Assembly: GCA_000433115.1 (NCBI GenBank)
Contig: FR892168.1
Location: 1 to 32,018, forward strand
DNA: 32,018 nucleotides
From: Ruminococcus sp. CAG:382
GTDB lineage: Bacteria > Bacillota > Clostridia > Oscillospirales > CAG-382
Direction: 5' to 3'
The translations under genes were made by a program, and so were the position numbers. Below, piece by piece: positions 30,758-32,018 of this stretch. How positions within the stretch are numbered: the stretch's first letter is position 1; every line of letters begins with the position of its first letter. The notes below the pieces were generated by a model. That model saw only the letters and a list, made by a program, of their open reading frames with translations. It had not been told where the DNA came from and made no database searches.

Positions 30758-32018
30758 AATACGAGATCGTCACCGATCCGACGGTGGCGCGGTACATCTG
30801 GTATCTTTACTATTTACCCATGCTTTTTATACCGCTGCTCGGGGTGTATATTGCTTTGTTTCTCGGAAAACCACAGGAAATCCGTCTGAACGTAAGGACC
30901 GGCTGTCTTGCGATTGTTCCGGCCGTGCTTTTTCTGTCTGTGATTACCAACGACCTGCACCAGCAGGTGTTTGCGTTCAGCGGCGGAGTGCCGGGGGGAC
31001 AGGACAACTCTTCGTTTTCTCACCGTCCGCTGTATTTTGCCTGTCTCGTCTGGATGGTCGCCTGCATGGTTTTTTCGCTTGTCCGGCTTCTGAACAAAAG
31101 CCGTATACCGGGCAGCGGAAAAAAGAATCTTGCGCCGTTTGTTACAGGCTGCATAACGGTTCTTTACGGAGTCCTTTATCTGTCTGGACTGCCGGCTGTA
31201 CGCTGGTGGTTCGGCGATATGAATGTGATGTTTTGCCTGTTGTTTGCCGCGATTTACGAAAGCTGTATACACTGCCGGATGATACAGTCCAACACGGGAT
31301 ATGTCGAGCTTTTCGAGGCAACGACGCTGGCTGCCTGTATTGCTGACAGCAGCGGAAACATTGTTCTCCGCTCCCATGCCGCCTGTGAGGACATAGCCTG
31401 TCCGGAGGAGGGAACTCAGGTCTTCCGTCCCGACGGAATACGGATCTCGTCGGCACCGATAAGCGGCGGATATGCCGTATGGCAGGACAATGTGCGTCCG
31501 CTGACAGAACTGCGGGCAAAACTGAGCGGTAACAAAGCCATAATCAAAAACAACAAGGAGAAGTTGCAAGAGGCTTATTTCATACAGAAGAAGCTGTATG
31601 AGCTGACCGAAAAAAACCGTATTTACGATGAGCTGGAGGCAAGGTACGGAAAGCAAATAAACAGAATCGGGCAGCTGTTGAAGCAATGTGAGGATACGGG
31701 ACCTGCGGAAGTGCAGAACCTGCTGAAAAGAATTCTTCTGCTGGGTACCTACATCAAGCGCGGCGCCAATCTGTATTTCCTCGGCATGGAATATGAGCTT
31801 CTGCCTCAGCAGGAGCTCCGGCTGACCGTTGACGAGGCGGTGAGAGTCATGACCGTCTGCGGCACGGAGTGCAGTGTGGTCTACCGTACAACGAAGCCCA
31901 TGCGCTCAACAGAGGTGATGAGGCTGTTTGACCTTCTGAAAACGGTTGCGGAAATGACGATAAACGGGCTGCAGTCCTTGTTTATTTCGGTGTCCGACAG
32001 CGAGATGGACCTGTCGGT
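30754..32018 (+). CDS. Multi-pass membrane sensor-like protein, continuation (partial, runs off window end)
   Basis: This frame is open from before 30754 to the window end. My translation: LKYEIVTDPTVARYIWYLYYLPMLFIPLLGVYIALF... (more TM helices, resembling a 7TM histidine-kinase N-terminal region), then coiled-coil LRAKLSGNKAIIKNNKEKLQEAYFIQKKLYEL and a cytoplasmic domain. No clear His box was seen. Confidence 0.6.
   Translation, partial: MKYEIVTDPTVARYIWYLYYLPMLFIPLLGVYIALFLGKPQEIRLNVRTGCLAIVPAVLFLSVITNDLHQQVFAFSGGVPGGQDNSSFSHRPLYFACLVWMVACMVFSLVRLLNKSRIPGSGKKNLAPFVTGCITVLYGVLYLSGLPAVRWWFGDMNVMFCLLFAAIYESCIHCRMIQSNTGYVELFEATTLAACIADSSGNIVLRSHAACEDIACPEEGTQVFRPDGIRISSAPISGGYAVWQDNVRPLTELRAKLSGNKAIIKNNKEKLQEAYFIQKKLYELTEKNRIYDELEARYGKQINRIGQLLKQCEDTGPAEVQNLLKRILLLGTYIKRGANLYFLGMEYELLPQQELRLTVDEAVRVMTVCGTECSVVYRTTKPMRSTEVMRLFDLLKTVAEMTINGLQSLFISVSDSEMDLS

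Noticed and set aside
30814-31686. 290-aa minus-strand ORF and the 30732-31346 plus-strand ORF
   Set aside because: Both are alternative frames of the GC-rich sensor-like gene. Only the frame opening at 30754 gives coherent TM helices and a coiled-coil.

Overview
Chromosomal segment of a low/moderate-GC Firmicute, probably a Clostridia/Ruminococcaceae-type gut or rumen organism (GGAGG-type ribosome-binding sites, consensus sigma-A promoters, a type I dockerin). Left to right: (1) A type I R-M locus (XRE controller-hsdM-hsdS, minus strand) faces a start-less two-TRD hsdS cassette in inverted orientation. They share exact 17-26 bp inverted repeats, so phase-variable specificity is predicted. 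(2) A ~9 kb integrated element sits beside tRNA-Pro(GGG). It carries a LexA/CI-like S24 repressor divergent from a Y-family polymerase/ImmA operon, a region-4 sigma factor, a ~450-nt ORF-free highly structured region, a MazF toxin, two convergent tyrosine recombinases and a tandem Xis-like protein. (3) Backbone and accessory genes: tRNA-Val, tRNA-Thr, a pair of fused ABC exporters, an ATLF-like metallopeptidase lipoprotein with a SUKH immunity protein, sufC-sufBD, a GNAT and YegP. (4) A cobalamin riboswitch precedes a large secreted dockerin protein. (5) A multi-TM sensor-like gene lies behind a GC-rich, repeat-bearing leader. Three genes carry single-base frameshifts at short homopolymers, which may be assembly errors. 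No rRNA, CRISPR array or IS/transposase was seen. All family assignments come from motif recognition by eye, not from database searches.
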